A model generated the notes under the pieces. The model saw nothing but the letters and a program-made list of their open reading frames with translations. It made no database searches and was not told where the DNA came from. The position numbers and the translations under genes are program-made. This document shows positions 58,647-64,000 of a stretch of 64,000 bases of DNA, piece after piece; the stretch's first letter is position 1, and each line of letters starts with the position of its first letter. The stretch is taken from the NCBI GenBank assembly GCA_026400555.1, contig JAPLOW010000063.1, positions 4,622 to 68,621 of the forward strand, written 5' to 3'. Source of the DNA: Hyphomicrobiales bacterium (GTDB lineage Bacteria > Pseudomonadota > Alphaproteobacteria > Rhizobiales > Beijerinckiaceae).

Positions 58647-59540
58647 ATGGCCTACGTCGCCACACTGGTCTCACACCCGGCCCAGAAGGCCCTGACGCCC
58701 GCCATGCTGGCGAAAGCCAGTCAGGCCCTGCCTCATGCCGGCGCTGCAACCTGGCTCAATCCGGGTATCGCAGCGGACCTGCCCTTTGCAAGGCCTGATG
58801 CCGCGCTCGCGGACATCGCGGCACGCTTGCGGGTGGCAGTCTCCGCTCCCATCGACGTGATCGTGCAGCCGATCGCCCATCGCCGCAAGAAGCTGTTCCT
58901 GGCCGACATGGACTCGACCATGATCGGGCAGGAATGCATCGATGAACTGGCTGATTTCGTCGGGCTGCGGGCCGAGGTTTCCGAGATCACCGAGCGCGCC
59001 ATGCGCGGCGAACTGGCCTTCGAGCCGGCCTTGCGCGAGCGGGTGGCGCTCCTCAGGGGCCTGCCTGTATCTGTGGTTGACGAGATCATCGCCAGCCGCA
59101 TCACGCTGACGCCGGGCGGGCGCGCGCTCGTCGGTACCATGCGGGCCAGGGGAGCCTACACCGCGCTTGTGTCCGGAGGCTTCACCGTCTTCACCTCGCG
59201 CATCGGCGCGATGATCGGCTTTCACGAGGACCGCTCGAACTGGCTCGACATCGCCGATGGCAAGCTGGGCGGCACGGTGCGCGAGCCCATCCTCGGCAAG
59301 GAGGCCAAACTCGTCGCTCTGGTCGAGTTGCGCGGCAAGGCCGGCCTCCTCGCTGAGGAGACGATGGCCGTCGGCGACGGCGCCAATGATCTGGCGATGC
59401 TGGGCGAGGCGGGCCTTGGCATCGCCTTCCGCGCCAAGCCGGCGGTCGCGGCCGCCGCACATGCGCGAGTCGACCATGCCGACCTGACGGCGCTGCTCTA
59501 TGCGCAGGGCTACCGTGCCGACGAGTTCACGACAGCTTGA
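58647..59540 (+). CDS. serB: Phosphoserine phosphatase
   Basis: ADMDSTMIGQECIDE, VSGGF, VGDGANDLAM. Confidence 0.95.
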   Translation: MAYVATLVSHPAQKALTPAMLAKASQALPHAGAATWLNPGIAADLPFARPDAALADIAARLRVAVSAPIDVIVQPIAHRRKKLFLADMDSTMIGQECIDELADFVGLRAEVSEITERAMRGELAFEPALRERVALLRGLPVSVVDEIIASRITLTPGGRALVGTMRARGAYTALVSGGFTVFTSRIGAMIGFHEDRSNWLDIADGKLGGTVREPILGKEAKLVALVELRGKAGLLAEETMAVGDGANDLAMLGEAGLGIAFRAKPAVAAAAHARVDHADLTALLYAQGYRADEFTTA

Positions 59541-59544
59541 TTGG

Positions 59545-59671
59545 CCGTCATTGCAAGCGCGGCGAAGCAAGCCACCGCGCCGCCCCACCATCCTCATCCT
59601 GAGCTTGTCGAAGAATGAGGAAATCTGCCGTGATGCAGGGCAGGATTGCTCCGTTTCGCCCGCAATGACGG
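59545..59671. repeat. Composite CGTC-type REP element with a nested CCTCATCCTGAGCTTGTCGAAG unit
   Basis: Outer inverted repeat CCGTCATTGC(59545-54)/GCAATGACGG(59662-71) with GAAGCAA/GATTGCT arms; inner hairpin TCCTCATCCTGAGCTTGTCGAAGAATGAGGA(59591-59621), nearly identical to the 37150 arm. Confidence 0.75.
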
Positions 59672-59690
59672 AATCATCGCGTTCCAAAAG

Positions 59691-59716
59691 AAAAAGCGGC
59701 CTGGAGGGCCGCTTTT
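59691..59716. terminator. Bidirectional terminator between serB and degP
   Basis: AAAAAGCGGCC-TGGAG-GGCCGCTTTT. Confidence 0.8.
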
Positions 59717-59737
59717 GCTCAGGCCTTCAGCCGGTTT

Positions 59738-61360
59738 TCAGTTGATCGCCACGGCCACGAAACGTACGTCGCCGGCGGCGTTCTGCACCTGAAGAAGGGC
59801 CGCGCGGCGGCCATCCTTCTTCAGCTGGTCAACGCGGCGGCTCACATCCGCCGGCGAGGCGACAGGCTCCTGTCCGACCTCGAGAATGATGTCGCCCGCG
59901 GCCAGCCGCTTGTCGGCGGCGTTCGAATTCGGATCGACCCGCGTAACGACCACACCCTTGACGCCGTCCTTCAGATTAAAGCGGCGGCGCACCTGATCCG
60001 TCACGGCGGTGAGGTCCATGCCAAGGACGGAGGTCGTGGCCGGAGGGGCGCTTGGCTGGTTCGGCTGGTTGCCGAGCGCCGCCTGCTGCTGGCGCTCGCC
60101 ATCCTCCAGACGTCCGAGCGTGACCTTGCGGATCTCCTCCTTGCCCTTGCGCATGATGCGCACGTCGACTTCCTTGCCGACCGGAGTGGCCGCGACGATG
60201 CGCGGAAGGTCACTCGACTCCTTCACGTCCTTGCCGTCGAACTGGGTGATCACATCCCCGGTTTCGAGGCCAGCGGGACGGGCGGGGCCCTTGTCGTCGA
60301 TGCCGGCGATCAACGCACCGCGGGCGCGGCCCATGCCGAGCGCTTCGGCGGTCGCGTCGTCGACATTCTGGATCCTGACCCCGAGCCAGCCGCGGCGCGT
60401 CTCGCCGAACTGGCGCAGCTGGTCGATCACAGGCATCGCGAGCGCCGAGGGTACCGAAAAGCCGATGCCGACCGAGCCGCCCGAAGGCGACAGGATGGCG
60501 GTGTTGATGCCGATCACCTCGCCGGCCATGTTGAACAGCGGGCCACCCGAATTGCCCCGGTTGATGGCCGCGTCGGTCTGCAGGTAGCTGTCATACGGAC
60601 CACTCTCGATACGGCGGTTCTTGGCCGAGACGATGCCAATCGACACCGAGCCGCCCAGGCCGAACGGGTTGCCGATGGCCATCACCCAGTCACCGATGCG
60701 CGCCTTGTCGCTATCGCCGAATTTCACCGACTTAAGCGGCGTGTCCGACTTGACCCTGAGGACAGCCAGATCGACCTTCGGATCCTTGCCCACGACCTCG
60801 GCCTTGAGGCGGCGGCCATCCGAGAAGATCACCGTGATGTCGTTGGATTCGCCGATGACATGGTTGTTGGTGATGACGATGCCCGACGGATCGATCACGA
60901 AGCCCGAACCGGCCGACTGGCCGCGGCGCTGCTCCGGTTGCTGGCGCGGCGTGCCGGGGGCCTGGTTCTCGCCCTGGCGCGGCGGCTGACCCGGTGCGCC
61001 CGGCTGACCGGGCTGCCCTTCGCGGCGGCGGTTGAAGAACTCCTCGAACAGATCGCCAAACGGCGTGTCCGGCCCGAGGCCCGGCACATTCGGCATCGTG
61101 CGGTTGCGCGTTTCGGTCGTGGTCTGCGCGGAGATGTTGACCACCGCCTCCATGACCTGTTCGGCAAGGTCGGCGACGGAGGGCAGGGCCGAGCCCCGCA
61201 CGCTCTGTGCCTGCGCAGGCTGCGCCGAGAGCAGCAGTGGCTGGACGCCGGCCGGCACGGCGATCGCCGCAACCACAAGCGCCCTCACAGCCACCGATCC
61301 GAGGCGCCGCAGCGTCGGGGTCACCAGACAGTGGTTCAGACGGTCAGCAATCAGGCTCAT
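59738..61360 (-). CDS. degP: Periplasmic serine endoprotease, DegP/Do family, two PDZ domains
   Basis: GSGFVI, TNNHV, DLAVL, QTDAAINRGNSGGP, RGWLGV; start uncertain (ORF open to 61411). Confidence 0.93.
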   Translation of the reverse strand: MSLIADRLNHCLVTPTLRRLGSVAVRALVVAAIAVPAGVQPLLLSAQPAQAQSVRGSALPSVADLAEQVMEAVVNISAQTTTETRNRTMPNVPGLGPDTPFGDLFEEFFNRRREGQPGQPGAPGQPPRQGENQAPGTPRQQPEQRRGQSAGSGFVIDPSGIVITNNHVIGESNDITVIFSDGRRLKAEVVGKDPKVDLAVLRVKSDTPLKSVKFGDSDKARIGDWVMAIGNPFGLGGSVSIGIVSAKNRRIESGPYDSYLQTDAAINRGNSGGPLFNMAGEVIGINTAILSPSGGSVGIGFSVPSALAMPVIDQLRQFGETRRGWLGVRIQNVDDATAEALGMGRARGALIAGIDDKGPARPAGLETGDVITQFDGKDVKESSDLPRIVAATPVGKEVDVRIMRKGKEEIRKVTLGRLEDGERQQQAALGNQPNQPSAPPATTSVLGMDLTAVTDQVRRRFNLKDGVKGVVVTRVDPNSNAADKRLAAGDIILEVGQEPVASPADVSRRVDQLKKDGRRAALLQVQNAAGDVRFVAVAIN

Positions 61361-61425
61361 CGAGGTCCTCACGGGAATGGTCGCGGCGCCACAGGCTATC
61401 TGCGGCTGCATCCGATTGATAGTGG

Positions 61426-61454
61426 AAATGGGGCCAAACCGCGGCGGGTAAAAG
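61426..61454 (-). promoter_or_regulatory. Putative RpoH-type internal promoter for degP
   Basis: Minus strand: CTTTTA-N16-CCCATTT. Confidence 0.3.
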
Positions 61455-61520
61455 GGGTGACGCGCGCTGAATTTGCGCCTGGACGGCCCGGACGCGGAAT
61501 TGTGATGCGCCAGGGCCGGA

Positions 61521-61718
61521 TCAGAGGCCCAGAAAACGCCGCGCGATCCAGATCACGGCCACGCCGACCACCGCCGAGACAAGCCCGACGAGGCGCAGGA
61601 TGTCGGCGGGAGTTTCAGCCGCGCTGCGCATCGCCTCCTGCGCCTTACCGGGCAGCAGCACAAACAGGACGCCCTCGATGACAAGCACAAGGCCGACGGC
61701 CACGAGGAAATCTGTCAT
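61521..61718 (-). CDS. DUF2065 family small membrane protein
   Basis: DFLVAVGLVLVIEG...LRLVGL; usual position downstream of hflC. Confidence 0.88.
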   Translation of the reverse strand: MTDFLVAVGLVLVIEGVLFVLLPGKAQEAMRSAAETPADILRLVGLVSAVVGVAVIWIARRFLGL

Positions 61719-61753
61719 CGCGGGCGCTTCCCGTCAGCCGGCCGGACCGCCTC

Positions 61754-62674
61754 TCACTTTTTGGCGTCGGCGCGTGGCCGGCCCTGCGGATCATTGAAGA
61801 AGCGGAAAAAGTCGGAGTTTGGCGACAGCACCATGCGGGTCTCGCCGGCCTTGAGACCGGACTCATAGGCTTGCATGGAGCGGTAGAACGAGAAGAACTC
61901 CGGGTCCTTGCTGAAGGCCGCCGCGAAGATGCGGTTGCGTTCGGCGTCGCCCTGCCCGCGCGTCTCGTCGGACTTTCGACCTGCCTCGCCGAGCAGCACC
62001 TGCACGTCGCGGTCGGCGCGGGCGCGGATCTCCTGCGAAGTCTGCGAGCCGTTGGCCCGCAGGTCGGCAGCCTCGCGCTGGCGTTCGGTCTGCATGCGCT
62101 GGAACACGGCCTGGCTGTTGGCGGCCGGCAGGTCCACACGGGTCAGCCGCACGTCGACGATCTCGATGCCGAAGGCGCGGGCCTGACGGTTCACGTCATC
62201 CTGGATGCGGTTCATCAGCGCCGCGCGGTCCGTGCGCACGATCGCGGTGTAGGTGGCGTCGGCGAGGATGTTCCGGATCGACGAGTTGGCGATGCGGTTC
62301 ATCTGGGCATTAGCGCCGTTGATGTTGTTGACGGTCTGGAAGAACAGCAGCGCATTGGCGATGCGGTAGCGCGCGAACGCGTCAACCGAGAGACGGTTCT
62401 GGTCGGAGGCGAGCACTTCCTGGACTGGAAGGTCGAGGTCCAGAACGCGCTTGTCGATCGTGATCACCGAATCGATGAATGGCACCTTGAACCGTGATCA
62501 CCGAATCGATGAATGGCACCTTGAACTTGAGGCCCGGATCGGTGACGACGCGGTTGATCGCGCCAAGCCGCAGCACCAGCGCCTGCTGGGTCTGTTGCAC
62601 GACGAAGGCCGACAGGCTGGCGATCAGGGCGACCGCCCCAAGCACGATCATGGAAATCAGTCTGACTGTGCTGT

Positions 62675-62678
<4 letters not shown>
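61754..62678 (-). pseudogene. hflC: Protease modulator HflC, frameshifted by a 34-bp tandem duplication (real lesion or assembly error)
   Basis: The N-terminal TM and PGLKFKVPFID lie in one frame and the SPFH remainder (DKRVLDLD...DPEFFSFYRSMQAY) in another. Removing one 34-bp copy gives an 891-nt ORF (296 aa). Confidence 0.9.
62459..62526. repeat. Exact 2 x 34-bp tandem duplication inside hflC
   Basis: CGTGATCACCGAATCGATGAATGGCACCTTGAAC at 62459-62492 and 62493-62526. Confidence 0.97.
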
Positions 62679-63904
<1,226 letters not shown>

Positions 63905-63968
63905 TGCAAACCGCCTTTGTTGAATGTCGTCTATGGCGCGCACAACCGGCACGCCGCGTCCTGCTGTG

Positions 63969-63997
63969 AATTGGGCATGAAAGGCCCTGCCGTCAAC
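63969..63997 (-). promoter_or_regulatory. Putative RpoH-type promoter of hflKC
   Basis: Minus strand: GTTGAC-N16-CCCAATT. Confidence 0.35.
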
Positions 63998-64000
63998 CGA

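Overview
GC-rich chromosomal segment from an alphaproteobacterium of the Hyphomicrobiales/Rhizobiales type (inferred from gene content and order). It is almost all core or metabolic DNA. In order: a damaged ISAs1 transposase end, rpmB, cobT/cobS-DnaJ-bolA, a Zur-linked AztABC-type metal ABC locus, a thiolase, a D,D-carboxypeptidase, a COG0523 GTPase, a GDSL autotransporter esterase, purH (frameshifted), an MsbA-like ABC exporter, tRNA-Gly(GCC), a ybbN-like chaperedoxin, a DUF1007/RcnA-like pair, a NitT/TauT ABC transporter, pdxY, a TAXI-TRAP system, an HpxW-like Ntn-hydrolase/amidase/cobalt nitrile hydratase operon, a ComEA-like protein, ArnT-like and GT2-GtrA glycosyltransferases, ilvI-gst-ilvH-orf-lysE-ilvC with a leader-peptide attenuator, miaA, serB, degP and hflK/hflC (hflC frameshifted). 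I see no prophage, CRISPR array or defence island. The best leads are: an uncalled 38-aa membrane peptide coupled to the zinc ABC ATPase; the HpxW-like hydrolase-amidase-nitrile hydratase operon; four 11-bp-phased TGTC repeats upstream of the autotransporter; short lesions in purH (about 32-nt deletion) and hflC (exact 34-bp tandem duplication) that may be assembly errors; apparent internal TM-hairpin duplications in the TAXI permease; and several REP/RIME-like palindromic elements. All product calls come from motif recognition by eye, with no database searches.
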